A stretch of 64,000 bases of DNA, taken from positions 1,632,001 through 1,696,000 of the forward strand of contig OY762721.1 in NCBI GenBank assembly GCA_963666345.1, given 5' to 3'. The translations under genes were made by a program, and so were the position numbers. Shown here one piece after another: positions 39,325-51,064 of the stretch. Within the stretch, counting starts at the first letter, position 1; each line of letters starts with the position of its first letter. The notes under the pieces were generated by a model. It searched no databases and had not been told where the DNA came from. It saw nothing but the letters and a program-made list of their open reading frames with translations. This DNA is from Desulfatiglandales bacterium. GTDB lineage: Bacteria > Desulfobacterota > DSM-4660 > Desulfatiglandales > Desulfatiglandaceae.

Positions 39325-40428
39325 CTACTGAAATATAAATCGTCTCATGCTTATGTTCATGAGCAACCCCATTGCAGCCATCGTCGAGACAAGAGAGGAA
39401 CCTCCATAACTGAAAAGCACCAGAGGTATTCCCACAACCGGCAGCATTCCCGTAGCCATTGCCACATTTATTATCACCTGCCAGAAGATTATAGCCACAA
39501 TACCCACGGCAAGTATGGATCCAAAGCGGTCCTTTGAGGTCTTCGCAATATTGAGCCCCCAGAGTATCAGAAACAGATATAGCAATAGAAGAACGATCGA
39601 CCCGATAAATCCCCATTCCTCGGAAAATACGGAAAAGGCAAAATCCGTATGCTGCTCCGGCAAAAAATGCAGCCTCGTCTGTGTCCCCTTCATGAAGCCC
39701 TTGCCCAGAAACTGCCCCGAACCTATTGCTATCTTTGACTGATTGATATGATAACCTGAACCGAGAGGATCCATATCAGGCCTGAGAAAGGTAAGGATTC
39801 GCATCTTCTGGTAGTCTTTAAGATGAAGCCATATGAATGGGGCCAGGGATAAGGCCGAGCCCACCATTATGGCAAACGACTTCCAGTCCATCCTTACAAA
39901 GATTATGATGGAAACAGAAACCAGCACAAGCAGCAACGCGGTTCCAAGATCCGGTTCGTTAAGGATAAGCACGCCTGCCAGACCCACATAAATAAAAGGC
40001 TGCCAGAGGTCTCTCAGCCTGTATCCACCGATCTTCTGCTGCTCACTGAAAAACTTCGCAAGCAGGATAACTATGGATATTTTTGCCAGTTCCGAAGGTT
40101 GAAATGAGATAAATCCGAGATTAAGCCATCTTTGAGAGCCTGAGGTAATTTTTCCCACTACCAGGACCAGTATGAGTAACCCCAGACAGGTAAAAAAGAT
40201 CGGAAAGGCAAAGCGTTCAAGGATAAAATAATTGAATGTGGTCATCATGAGAAAGACCGCAAAGCCGATCAGGAACCAGTAGATCTGTCTTATAAAAACC
40301 TGGGATCCTCCCACGCTTCTAATCGTGCTCGTGGCGCTGTAAAGGTTGAAGACGCTTATTCCGGCAAGAATAAGCAGCAAAAGGAGCAATACCCAGTCAA
40401 AATTCTGAATCAGTCTTCTATCAAACAT
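39325..40428 (-). CDS. rodA: Rod shape-determining protein RodA
   Basis: QPSELAK, EPDLGT, SKIAIGSG, LPEQHTDF, SYGGSS; follows mrdA. Confidence 0.97.
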   Translation of the reverse strand: MFDRRLIQNFDWVLLLLLLILAGISVFNLYSATSTIRSVGGSQVFIRQIYWFLIGFAVFLMMTTFNYFILERFAFPIFFTCLGLLILVLVVGKITSGSQRWLNLGFISFQPSELAKISIVILLAKFFSEQQKIGGYRLRDLWQPFIYVGLAGVLILNEPDLGTALLLVLVSVSIIIFVRMDWKSFAIMVGSALSLAPFIWLHLKDYQKMRILTFLRPDMDPLGSGYHINQSKIAIGSGQFLGKGFMKGTQTRLHFLPEQHTDFAFSVFSEEWGFIGSIVLLLLYLFLILWGLNIAKTSKDRFGSILAVGIVAIIFWQVIINVAMATGMLPVVGIPLVLFSYGGSSLVSTMAAMGLLMNISMRRFIFQ

Positions 40429-40437
40429 CTGTTCCTC

Positions 40438-40603
40438 TAATTAGTTTCCATCCAGAAATGGATCATTTCTGGATGCTGCCTTCAGCCGTCAGCTATCAGT
40501 AAGTAGCCAGCAAATTGATATCTCAAGTGTTTTACTGACTGCTGAGAGCTGATTGCTGATAGCATGAGTCCGTAAATCTTGATTTATGGATGAGCACTGA
40601 TTA
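40438..40603. repeat. MITE/REP-doublet-like palindromic element
   Basis: Imperfect terminal IRs, perfect 12-bp hairpin 40449-40475, second hairpin 40569-40590, inverted TCAGCYR / CTGAYWG heptamer arrays inside. Confidence 0.7.
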
Positions 40604-40873
40604 ATTTTTTAGCTTGGCAGCGGGTTCCCGGTTTCTTATACCTCTGTTTGCTTTACGCTCACGCAGATGGGGGCTCTTTGGCCTTACAGTCAGACTGTAA
40701 AATGCTCTCCCGCTTGAGCCCTTGAATCCTCATATATTTAGACAGCAGCCAAACTTATTCACGGATTTTCAACAAACAGCAACTTGCCTCTCATTTCCAT
40801 AACGGCCGGAACAAGGAGTCGCGTTAAAATGGCGTGGTTTCTCCAAATAACCGGCGACAATAAGAAAAAAAAT

Positions 40874-42712
40874 CTAGCCTGATTTATCCGGCTTGCCTAA
40901 ATAGACCTGTATGACCTTTTTTGCAAGAGGGGCTGCGGCACTGCCCCCGTGGCCCCCGTGCTCGACTACAACCGCGACCGCGATCCTGGGTGATTCAAAA
41001 GGAGCGATTGCGACAAACCACCCATGATCTCTGAACCGACTCGGGATTTCTCCCTTCTCGCCAAGTATCTTTTCCTTTTCCAGGGTAACTACCTGTGCCG
41101 TTCCGGTCTTTCCGGCAACCGTTATACCATCTATCCTTGCCTTTCCGCCTGTTCCATGAGGTTCATTTACAACCCCGGCCAGGGCCTTTTTTACAATCTC
41201 CAGGTTCGCTTTCGAAACCCCCACCTTGCCTCTTACCTCAGGAGAAAACTCATAAATCTTGTGCCCTTCATCCTTTCCCGCCCAAAGGGTTACCTGCGGT
41301 CTGTAGAGAACCCCGCCGTTGAAAACGGCGGAAATCATTGAGGCCATCTGGATCGGCGTGACAAGCAGGAAGCTCTGTCCGATTGAAAGAGACACGGTCT
41401 CTCCGCCCTGCCACGGCACACCCATCCTCTTTAATTTCCACTCACTCGTCGGTACAAGCCCGCCCTTTTCATGTGCGGGATCAAACCCCGTAGGTCTTCC
41501 AAGCCCGAAGTCTTTTGCATAACGGGCAAGCCGGTCCACGCCCAATCTCATCCCCAGTCTGTAAAAATACACATCACACGATTCAACGATGGCCTTATGC
41601 AGCTTTACCTTGCCATGTCCATATTTCTTCCAGCAATGGTATTTCCCCCTGCCCAGGCTGAAGTTCCCATTGCAGAACAACTCCTCTTCAGGATCTATAA
41701 CCCCCTCTTCAAGTCCTGCAAGGGCGACGACGATCTTAAAGATAGACCCGGGCGGATACTGACCTGTAAGGCCCCTGTTGTGAAGAGGAAAATCTTTTGA
41801 GGAAACTATTTTTTGCCATTCCTCTCTGTCGATTCCACCTATGAAGATGTTGGGATCAAAGGATGGGCTGCTGGCAAGGGCCAGGATTTGGCCGTTGGCC
41901 GGATCAATCGCCACCAACGCTCCCTTGAGTCCCGAAAGCGCCTCTTCTGCGGTCTGCTGTAACTCCCTGTCTATTGTAAGGCATATATTCATGCCTGCGA
42001 CAGCCGCTTTCCTCGATATTACACCTATTGTGCGGCCGGACGCATCCACTTCCACCTGTTCCCCTCCGCGCGTCCCGCTCAGCTGCTTCTGCCACTTAAG
42101 CTCGGTTCCTGCTTTTCCTACCAGATCTCCGCTCTTGCTTCCGCTATACCTTCTGCTTCTGAGCTGCGTCTCGCTTATTTCACCCAAATACCCAAGCAGA
42201 TGCGCACCCAGCCTCCCGTAGGAATAATGTCTTCTCGGTTTTACCCGTATCACTACCCCGGGCAGATTGAACCGGTGGGTCTCTATAGAGGCCAGTTCGT
42301 TTCTGTCGATATCCATTCCCAGGCAAACGGCCTTGAAAGGATAGCTCCTTGAAGCCTTTTCCATTCTTTTAGCCGCTTTTTCGTAATCGATGGAAACATG
42401 CCTCCTGAGACTGTCAAAAAGGCCGTCAATGTCATCGACATCCTCAGGGATCGCGTATAAATCAAAGGATGGGCGGTTTTTGACAAGCGTATCGCCGTTT
42501 CGGTCAAGGATAAGACCCCTGAAAGGAGGCAGATCCTGCAAACGAATCCTGTTGTCTTCAGATTTATTTCTGTAATGGGACCCGTTCAGTACCTGAAGGA
42601 ACCAGAGTCTCATAATCAGAAAGGCAAAAAGGATTATGACAAAGATGGTAACCCTTTTTAGCTGTTTATTAAATATCTCGACTAATTGCGGATCAAAATT
42701 TGATTTCTTCAA
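40874..42712 (-). CDS. mrdA: Penicillin-binding protein 2
   Basis: RGLILDRNG, PGSIFK (SxxK), SCD, KTGTAQ. Confidence 0.96.
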   Translation of the reverse strand: MKKSNFDPQLVEIFNKQLKRVTIFVIILFAFLIMRLWFLQVLNGSHYRNKSEDNRIRLQDLPPFRGLILDRNGDTLVKNRPSFDLYAIPEDVDDIDGLFDSLRRHVSIDYEKAAKRMEKASRSYPFKAVCLGMDIDRNELASIETHRFNLPGVVIRVKPRRHYSYGRLGAHLLGYLGEISETQLRSRRYSGSKSGDLVGKAGTELKWQKQLSGTRGGEQVEVDASGRTIGVISRKAAVAGMNICLTIDRELQQTAEEALSGLKGALVAIDPANGQILALASSPSFDPNIFIGGIDREEWQKIVSSKDFPLHNRGLTGQYPPGSIFKIVVALAGLEEGVIDPEEELFCNGNFSLGRGKYHCWKKYGHGKVKLHKAIVESCDVYFYRLGMRLGVDRLARYAKDFGLGRPTGFDPAHEKGGLVPTSEWKLKRMGVPWQGGETVSLSIGQSFLLVTPIQMASMISAVFNGGVLYRPQVTLWAGKDEGHKIYEFSPEVRGKVGVSKANLEIVKKALAGVVNEPHGTGGKARIDGITVAGKTGTAQVVTLEKEKILGEKGEIPSRFRDHGWFVAIAPFESPRIAVAVVVEHGGHGGSAAAPLAKKVIQVYLGKPDKSG

Positions 42713-43022
42713 AAAAAATCCTCTTATAAAAAACCGGCCTGATACGGCAGTGGTTTAGACTATCTTGGGCATGATGGTTGATCATCCGGATTTTACAATT
42801 CAGCACAGCATAAGTAAACAATCATGGCTAAGGAGCGAAATGTTCTCAAAAAACAAAAAGGCCGGGCTTCAGGATGCCTGAAGTGGACCAAGGAGGCTGC
42901 AATGCCTGATTCAAGAAGATACTCCTGCTTCTAAAAAAGATGGAGCGATTCCACAATTTCAGGGGATAAAAGCAGCCAAGGGGAATAAAACCGTAAGAAT
43001 CGGGGGATTGGCTTAATTTAAT

Positions 43023-43553
43023 TTATGTACCGTTTCTGTTTCCCAGCGGACCTTCAAATGCCTGTTCAAATATGAAAAATACGGCAGGTGCAATTAGCCC
43101 GCTAAACAGGGCGGATATAACTGAAGCCCAGAGCAATGAAGAAGGGGAAAAAGGGTCGATGGAAAAAAAATAAACAGCCCCAAAAAAGAAAGACCTTTTA
43201 AGCAATACCGCCAGTGTTATTAATATTATCTGGCCCTTGGGGTCACGAAGGTTGAAAAAACGGCACCCCAAAAGAATTCCGGCACAGACAATCATGTAAA
43301 GGAACGCGAAAAGCCCTTTGAAACCTACCGAAAAGACATCGACTATGATTCCCTGACCCAGGGCGAATGCAACGGCGGGGGTCCGGCCGTAGTAAAGGAA
43401 AAGATAGACGATTAGGATGGTCAAAAGGTCCGGGCCGTACGCTCCGCCTCCCAGCAAGTTTTTCAGATCCCCATGGACGAGTGTAAAGACCAGTCCGACA
43501 ATCCATGCCAGCAGATAAAAGGTTACTTTCCGGCTGTTTGCTCGCTCGTCGAT
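43023..43553 (-). CDS. mreD: Rod shape-determining protein MreD (start uncertain)
   Basis: Hydrophobic, PDLL...GIIVDVFS; between mreC and mrdA; frame is open upstream of the first TTG (43457) through another TM helix. Confidence 0.8.
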   Translation of the reverse strand: MDERANSRKVTFYLLAWIVGLVFTLVHGDLKNLLGGGAYGPDLLTILIVYLFLYYGRTPAVAFALGQGIIVDVFSVGFKGLFAFLYMIVCAGILLGCRFFNLRDPKGQIILITLAVLLKRSFFFGAVYFFSIDPFSPSSLLWASVISALFSGLIAPAVFFIFEQAFEGPLGNRNGT

Positions 43554-44371
43554 ATTATCTCCTTCAGAACTATTACAACTTCCTCAAGTTTTGAAAAATC
43601 AACTGCAGGCCTTACTTGTATTTCTTTGAAAAGTTTATCAGGCAGGACATTTAAGCTTGAAACACGGCCCACGGGCAACCCTTTGGGATAGACCCCCCCC
43701 AGGCTTGAAGTTATGATGCTGTCTCCCTTGATTACATCGCTTGATTTCACGACGTATTCCATCTTGCAGATCTCTGAAGAACGCCCTTTTACCATGCCCC
43801 TGTCCCTTGAGCGTTCCACAAGACAGTCGACAGAGCTGTTCTGGTCGATGATAAGCAATACCTTGGAATAATTGAGAGACACGGAAACTATCCTCCCCAC
43901 AACACCAGAGGCATTGACCACCGGCATATCGACCTTTACTCCGTCACTTCTGCCCCTGTCGATTATCACCGATTTGAACCAACCTGTCGGATCTCTCCCC
44001 ACGACTTGTGCCGCCAGAACCGGAAGCTCGATTACCTGTCTTACCTTGAGAAGTGCCTGAAGTCTCTCCTGCGCCGCCACGATTTCCTTATACCTCAGGT
44101 TCTGCATCCTCAAGCTGTCTATCGCTTCTTTGAGTAGCCTGTTTTCCTCCCTGACATTTACAAGATAGAAATAATCGTTCCATATCCCTCCGACAAAATT
44201 AACTGCCCGGGTTATAATTTTCTGAATAGGGGCTGTAATCTCTACAAGGGCCTGCTCGAATGGGTTCCAGCTCGACTTACGACCGGCATTGGATGAAAGG
44301 AGAAAAAGGACTAATCCAATAATCAGTAAAAATATCCAGAATTTTCGGAAACCTAAAATTCCTTTTAACAA
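43523..44371 (-). CDS. mreC: Rod shape-determining protein MreC
   Basis: Coiled coil REENRLL, IDRGRSDG, GVVGRI, GGVYPKGLPVG. Confidence 0.95.
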   Translation of the reverse strand: MLKGILGFRKFWIFLLIIGLVLFLLSSNAGRKSSWNPFEQALVEITAPIQKIITRAVNFVGGIWNDYFYLVNVREENRLLKEAIDSLRMQNLRYKEIVAAQERLQALLKVRQVIELPVLAAQVVGRDPTGWFKSVIIDRGRSDGVKVDMPVVNASGVVGRIVSVSLNYSKVLLIIDQNSSVDCLVERSRDRGMVKGRSSEICKMEYVVKSSDVIKGDSIITSSLGGVYPKGLPVGRVSSLNVLPDKLFKEIQVRPAVDFSKLEEVVIVLKEIISTSEQTAGK

Positions 44372-44491
44372 TATTACCTAGCCCCGTTTCTATCATTGAT
44401 TATCCCTTGGGACCGAGACAGCAGGATAAATTGAACAACAGCAAAATGGAAAACAAAAAAAAGACCGTCAACAAACATATCAGACATCTGC

Positions 44492-45556
<1,065 letters not shown>

Positions 45557-45693
45557 CTAATTCGGCTTGTAGTAATAGAGTTTAATAGAAATATATTGCA
45601 ATAAAAATGCAAAATGAATTTGCCTTGACAACTACCGGTAACAATGATTATATAAAGATTTACACTATCAAAACAGAAGGAAAAATACATCTC

Positions 45694-45828
45694 ATGAAAA
45701 GGACCTATCAACCTAGCAATATCAAGAGAGCACGCACACACGGATTCAGAGTAAGGATGCGAACAAAAGGCGGTATAAATATCATAAAAAGGAGAAGGGC
45801 CAAGGGGCGAAAACGGCTTTCAGTATAA
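45694..45828 (+). CDS. rpmH: 50S ribosomal protein L34
   Basis: MKRTYQPS...HGFRVRM...[16 protein letters not shown] at 45625 upstream. Confidence 0.98.
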   Translation: MKRTYQPSNIKRARTHGFRVRMRTKGGINIIKRRRAKGRKRLSV

Positions 45829-45862
45829 CGGCTCTTTAAATCAGCCGATCTCCTTGGGCTTT

Positions 45863-46213
45863 ATGAGACCTTTTTCGTTTCCAAAAAAGGAAAGATTATT
45901 GAACCGGTTGGATTTTGTCAATCTAAATCGGTTAGGGAAGCGCTGTTATACAAAACATTTTATTGTCATTTTCAAGAGGAACGGGCTGGGCATTACGAGA
46001 TTGGGGGTCACGGTCAGCAAAAGGACGGGAAACGCCGTAAAAAGAAACAGGACCAAGAGACTACTCAGGGAATTCTACAGACTCAACAAGACACTTTTCC
46101 CCCAAGGATATGATTTCGTCATAACAGCTAAGAAGGATGCCAGCTATTTGGATTTCCGGAAAACCGAAGAGGAACTCTCAAAAGTCATCTCAAAGAAAGA
46201 GTTCTATGACTAG
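45863..46213 (+). CDS. rnpA: RNase P protein component
   Basis: RLGVTVSKRTGNAVKRNRTKR. Confidence 0.96.
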   Translation: MRPFSFPKKERLLNRLDFVNLNRLGKRCYTKHFIVIFKRNGLGITRLGVTVSKRTGNAVKRNRTKRLLREFYRLNKTLFPQGYDFVITAKKDASYLDFRKTEEELSKVISKKEFYD

Positions 46214-46424
46214 GATAAGATATGTCGCTATCGCAATGATAGTCTTATATCAAAAGGCATTATCACCTCTTTGGGCTCCTTCCTGCCGTTTTTATCCAAC
46301 ATGCTCAACCTATGCCCGCCAAGCCATCAGCAAGTATGGGATCTTGAAAGGGGGTTTTCTGACACTGATCAGGATCTCCAAATGCCATCCCTTTCATCCC
46401 GGTGGATTTGATCCTCTTGTTTAG
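46206..46424 (+). CDS. yidD: Membrane protein insertion efficiency factor
   Basis: CRFYPTCSTY...CHPFHPGGFDP. Confidence 0.95.
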   Translation: MTRIRYVAIAMIVLYQKALSPLWAPSCRFYPTCSTYARQAISKYGILKGGFLTLIRISKCHPFHPGGFDPLV

Positions 46425-46531
46425 ACAAATATAAAAACCGAACCCAATCCCCCTTTCATACATGAGGCATTGAAAGCCGTTTCGAAACGACTTGGCCTGA
46501 AGACGGGGATATTCACATTACAGGTAGATAT

Positions 46532-48199
46532 ATGGAAAAAAGAACACTTCTAGCCTTTGTACTATCATTTATCGTCTTAGTAACATGGTCATACTTTTAC
46601 ACCCCCAAAGAGGCCCCGGCGCCTGAAGAACCGGCGCAGAAAGAGTCGGTACAGAAAGGGCCTGTGCAATCCGAGGCAGTAACCGAAAGCGATACGCTCG
46701 CTCAAAGCACCCCGGGGGAAATAGTAAAGGAAACCGCAGGCCCCGCACAGCCGCTCAACGAAGAACTGATTGAAATAGACACGCCGCTTTACAGTGCCGT
46801 CTTTTCCAATATCGGGCCCACCATCAGAAGCTTCAAATTGAAGAATTACCGGCAGACTATCGATCCCAACTCACCATTGATTGAACTGGTAAATCTTGGA
46901 GAAGGGCAGGGAGGATTCCTGGAGCTCTCCTTTAAAGGTGCATCCCTTTCTCAACGCAGAAATACTGCATACGAAGTCGAAGGCGCTTCGATGAAACTGG
47001 AAACGGGCGGCATGCCCAGAGAACTGGTATTCAACCATACCAACTCAGACGGCATAATGACAAAACAGACCTTCAGGTTTTATCCTGACACCTATAAAAT
47101 CGACTTTAATGTCGACGTGGTCAACAGGTCTGCAAACATGGTCGAAGGCAAAATTTCAGCCCTTATAAGGGCACGCAACCCTGAAGGCAAAACAGGGTAT
47201 TATTCCTTTAACGGCCTTGTGATCCTTGCCGATAAAAAGCTTGATGAAATAAAAATCAAAAAGACCACGGATGAAAAGGCGGTAGAGGGAAACCTGGAAT
47301 GGATGGCCTATGAAAACGCTTACTTCCTTTCGGCACTGGCTCCTGAATCCCCGTGGAAAGGGATATTCAGGGGAAGGCTTCTGCAATCAGGCAATCTGGT
47401 AGGGACCTATGAACCGCCCGCCCTGAAACTGAATCCCTCGGCTCAGGTCTCAGAAAGCTTCCATCTTTACATGGGGCCACGGGAATTGGATCTCCTGAAG
47501 GGGTTTGGCCAGAATCTGGATAAGGCCGTAAATTTCGGATGGACTAATATCATTGCGAAACCGCTTCTTTATGTGCTTCGTTTCTTTGAAAAATATATTC
47601 ACAACTATGGGCTTGCAATAATCGTCCTAACCATCCTGGTCAAGATGCTTTTCTGGCCGCTCACTCACAAAAGCTACAAGTCCATGGGTGAGATGAAAAA
47701 AATCCAGCCGAGGATAATGGCGATAAGGGAAAAATACAAGCATGACAAACAACAGATGAACAAGGAGATGATGGGCCTCTACAGGACCTATAAGGTCAAT
47801 CCAATGGGAGGATGTCTTCCTATGGTGATCCAGATACCTGTCTTTTTTGCCCTTTTCAGGGTCCTTGGAAGCGCCATCGAGTTGAGACATGCTCCCTTTA
47901 TGTTATGGATAACGGACCTGTCCGCCCCTGACAGATTGTTTCACCTTCCCTTTAAGCTTCCCCTGATGTCCCCGCCCTATGGAATCCCGGTGCTGACCCT
48001 CCTGATGGGGGCATCCATGTTTCTTCAGCAAAAAATGACTCCTTCTCCGGGGGACCCTGCACAGGCCAAGATGATGATGTTTCTGCCTCTCATATTTACA
48101 TTCTTTTTTATCAACTTCCCATCCGGCCTTGTTCTATACTGGTTGGTCAACAACCTCCTTTCCATCGGGCAGCAGTATCGTATTCTTAAGAGAACATAG
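46532..48199 (+). CDS. yidC: Membrane protein insertase
   Basis: NYGLAII, GGCLPMVIQIP, DLSAPD, GLVLYW. Confidence 0.98.
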   Translation: MEKRTLLAFVLSFIVLVTWSYFYTPKEAPAPEEPAQKESVQKGPVQSEAVTESDTLAQSTPGEIVKETAGPAQPLNEELIEIDTPLYSAVFSNIGPTIRSFKLKNYRQTIDPNSPLIELVNLGEGQGGFLELSFKGASLSQRRNTAYEVEGASMKLETGGMPRELVFNHTNSDGIMTKQTFRFYPDTYKIDFNVDVVNRSANMVEGKISALIRARNPEGKTGYYSFNGLVILADKKLDEIKIKKTTDEKAVEGNLEWMAYENAYFLSALAPESPWKGIFRGRLLQSGNLVGTYEPPALKLNPSAQVSESFHLYMGPRELDLLKGFGQNLDKAVNFGWTNIIAKPLLYVLRFFEKYIHNYGLAIIVLTILVKMLFWPLTHKSYKSMGEMKKIQPRIMAIREKYKHDKQQMNKEMMGLYRTYKVNPMGGCLPMVIQIPVFFALFRVLGSAIELRHAPFMLWITDLSAPDRLFHLPFKLPLMSPPYGIPVLTLLMGASMFLQQKMTPSPGDPAQAKMMMFLPLIFTFFFINFPSGLVLYWLVNNLLSIGQQYRILKRT

Positions 48200-48215
48200 T
48201 ATTTGGAGGACATAT

Positions 48216-48896
48216 ATGGAAACCTATTCATTCGAAGGTAAAACAACCGAAGAGGCTGTAGAAAATGCCTGCCGAGAACTAAATCTGTCAAGAGACGAAA
48301 TCAACATAGAAATCATCGAACCGGGATCAGCAGGTATTTTCGGGCTTGTCGGCAGCAAAAAGGCAAAGATAAGCGTATCCCCCGCAATTGAATATCCAGA
48401 AGCTGTTGAAGATGAAAAAGGCCTTGAAATAGCAAAAGAGACCCTGGAACGGATACTTGCCCTCATCCCCGTGGAGGACTCAAAAGTAAATGCCGAGCAG
48501 AAGGACGAAACCATAAATCTTGAGATTGATGGTGATAAATCCGGTTTACTGATAGGCCGAAAAGGGCGGACCCTGGATGCCCTCCAGTTTATAGTAAACA
48601 AGATCGTAAACAAAGAAATGGATAAAAGGACTCAGGTAGTTATAGACTCGGAAAACTACCGTCAAAGAAGAAAAGACTACCTGATACAGATGGCCGTCAG
48701 TATGGGAGAAAAGGCCAAAAGGATAAGAAAACCGGTTGCCACAAACCTGCTAAATCCCCACGACCGAAGGATTGTACACCTGGCTCTTAGAGAAGATTCT
48801 CAGCTAGGCACAAAAAGCAGGGGAGAAGGGGTGCTGAAAAAGATAGTGATAATCCCCAAAAAGTCCTGGAACAGTAAAAGCGCTCGGGCTAATTAG
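48216..48896 (+). CDS. jag: Jag/KhpB RNA-binding protein
   Basis: EGKTTEEA Jag_N, LIGRKGRTLDALQ KH, RRIVH R3H; GGAGG RBS. Confidence 0.94.
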   Translation: METYSFEGKTTEEAVENACRELNLSRDEINIEIIEPGSAGIFGLVGSKKAKISVSPAIEYPEAVEDEKGLEIAKETLERILALIPVEDSKVNAEQKDETINLEIDGDKSGLLIGRKGRTLDALQFIVNKIVNKEMDKRTQVVIDSENYRQRRKDYLIQMAVSMGEKAKRIRKPVATNLLNPHDRRIVHLALREDSQLGTKSRGEGVLKKIVIIPKKSWNSKSARAN

Positions 48897-48944
48897 GGGC
48901 ATCCAGCAGAATTTCCCTTGATGCCTGATCAAGCACGGTGCCAG

Positions 48945-50330
48945 ATGCCTGTTGAAAATGATACAATAACCGCCATAGCAACTCCGATCGGCCGGGCGGG
49001 GATCGGCATAATCAGGATAAGCGGCCCCAGGGCGGAAGACATCGTCAAGACCCTTTTCCGGCCTAGCAAGGCCGTTTCAAATCTAAAAAGCCACCATTTA
49101 TACCTGGGGCATCTCCATGATCCTGAAACAGGAGATACCATTGACGAAGTACTTCTTTCCCTGATGAGGTCTCCTGATTCCTATACAAGGGAAGACGTTG
49201 TCGAAATCAATTCTCACAGCGGCTATATGCTCCTGTCAAAGATCCTGGAGACCGTAATCAGGCAGGGGGCAAGGCTTGCGGAGCCGGGAGAGTTCACTTT
49301 CAGAGCCTTTATAAACGGGAGGATAGACCTGACCCAGGCAGAGGCAGTGGTGGACCTGATAAATTCTCAATCCCTCAAAGGGCTCAGCCTCGCCTCGCAG
49401 CAGATCAAAGGAAGCTTCAGAGACTGCCTATACGGACTCAGGGAAGAGACCCTCAAGCTGCTTGCCCAGACAGAGGCGGCAATCGATTTTCCTGAAGAGG
49501 AAAATGAGATATTGTCACGGCAGGTCTCGGCAAGAAAAATTGAAAAAGACATAATAAAACCGATTGACTCTCTGATAAAGGAAGGCTCCAGGAATCGCCT
49601 GTGGGTCGACGGAGTAAAGACAATAATAGTCGGACGCGTAAACGCCGGAAAATCGAGTCTCCTGAACCGCCTTCTGGACGAGCAGAGGGCTATTGTTACC
49701 CCTATTCCCGGTACCACCAGGGATATTGTGGAATCTACAGTAACGATCGAGGGGATACCACTTCGCCTCATGGACTCAGCCGGATTCCGTGACGTAACCG
49801 ATGAAGTTGAAGAGTTAGGCATTGAGTTGACACGGCAAAAACTGGCCGAAGCCGATTTAATTCTTATAGTCATTGACCAAAGTCGCGACATCGAAACCGA
49901 TGATATTGACTTAGTGGCAAAATGCGCTGGGAGGGATGCGCTCATAGTCCTGAACAAGATAGATCTTCCGCCCGGAGCTGACAGGCACAAATTAGAGGAA
50001 AAGATTTCAGGCCTCCCCGTTATCGAAGTATCAGCACTTACGGGCAGTGGCCTTGAAGGTCTCAAAAAGGCCATTTCAAGGTCTATACTTAACGGAGAAA
50101 TCGACATGATATCATCTCATGCCACTTCTAATGCAAGGCATCAACAGGCGCTGAAAGGGGCCGCATCTTATTTCAGACAAGCGGCAGCCAATGCACAAAA
50201 CGAGGCCCCTCTGGAGTTAATGGCCTCAGATCTGAAAAGCGGGCTGGATGCCCTTGGAACAATCACGGGAGAAACCACAACCGAAGACATCCTTGACAGC
50301 ATCTTCAGCCAGTTCTGTCTCGGCAAATAA
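48945..50330 (+). CDS. mnmE: tRNA modification GTPase
   Basis: DTITAIATP, GRVNAGKSS, GTTRD, NKID, FCLGK. Confidence 0.98.
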   Translation: MPVENDTITAIATPIGRAGIGIIRISGPRAEDIVKTLFRPSKAVSNLKSHHLYLGHLHDPETGDTIDEVLLSLMRSPDSYTREDVVEINSHSGYMLLSKILETVIRQGARLAEPGEFTFRAFINGRIDLTQAEAVVDLINSQSLKGLSLASQQIKGSFRDCLYGLREETLKLLAQTEAAIDFPEEENEILSRQVSARKIEKDIIKPIDSLIKEGSRNRLWVDGVKTIIVGRVNAGKSSLLNRLLDEQRAIVTPIPGTTRDIVESTVTIEGIPLRLMDSAGFRDVTDEVEELGIELTRQKLAEADLILIVIDQSRDIETDDIDLVAKCAGRDALIVLNKIDLPPGADRHKLEEKISGLPVIEVSALTGSGLEGLKKAISRSILNGEIDMISSHATSNARHQQALKGAASYFRQAAANAQNEAPLELMASDLKSGLDALGTITGETTTEDILDSIFSQFCLGK

Positions 50331-50478
50331 CCGCCGCAACCCTTTGCACTCTCAATTTTAAATCACATTATATCTACCGAGCGGGACGCACATCGTTACT
50401 CGTTACTGGTTGTTCGAAAAACCGGATACACACCCCTGTCCATTTCAAAACAACCCTGTCTGTCTACGCACAAGCGCA

Positions 50479-50660
50479 GGCGCAGGGGCTCTTTTTGGAG
50501 ACCTTATCTCACAAAAAATACCACAGGCGCTTGCAGTTGGCCGCAGACTGGGCTTTCTTCCCCGCTACCCTATCAGATAAGGTTACATCTGCAAAAGCCC
50601 GTGGATGCGGCTACTTCTCCGTAAGAAATAGATAAGGCCGGAGAAAAGAGTCCCTGCGCC
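50479..50660 (+). ncRNA. Candidate structured RNA core, copy 1 (182 nt)
   Basis: GGCGCAGGGGCTCTTTT/AAAAGAGTCCCTGCGCC closing stem, CCTTATCT/AGATAAGG, TGGCCGCA/TGCGGCTA, TGGGCTTT/AAAGCCCG; wobbles are G-U on the + strand. Confidence 0.6.
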
Positions 50661-50771
50661 GGAGCGGCACCCTGCCGGACGCGCATCGTTATTCGTTACT
50701 GGTTATTCGAAAAACCGGATACACACCCCTGTCCATTTCAAAACAACTCTGTCTGTCTACGCACGAGCGCA

Positions 50772-50953
50772 GGCGTAGGGGCTCTTTTGGGAGACCTTAT
50801 CTCACAAAAAATACCACAGGCGCTTGCAGTTGGCCGCAGACTGGGCTTTCTTCCCCGCTACCCTATCAGATAAGGTTACATCTGCAAAAGCCCGTGGATG
50901 CGGCCACTCCTCCGTAAGAAATAGATAAGGCCGGAGAAAAGAGTCCCTGCGCC
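50772..50953 (+). ncRNA. Candidate structured RNA core, copy 2
   Basis: Same fold; substitutions keep pairing (C-G to U-G, G-U to G-C). Confidence 0.6.
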
Positions 50954-51064
50954 GGAGCGGCACCCTGCCGGACGCGCATCGTTATTCGTTACTGGTTATT
51001 CGAAAAACCGGATACACACCCCTGTCCATTTCAAAACAACTCTGTCTGTCTACGCACGAGCGCA

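Noticed and set aside
42713..43022. Hidden gene or ncRNA in the mreD-mrdA gap (also 27570-27845, 33230-33400, 61470-61920)
   Set aside because: Only short isolated hairpins; no supportable ORF or RNA motif.
50479..50660. Firm annotation as ssrS/6S RNA
   Set aside because: Size and shape fit, but other conserved 6S motifs and typical context were not recognisable; kept as a candidate.
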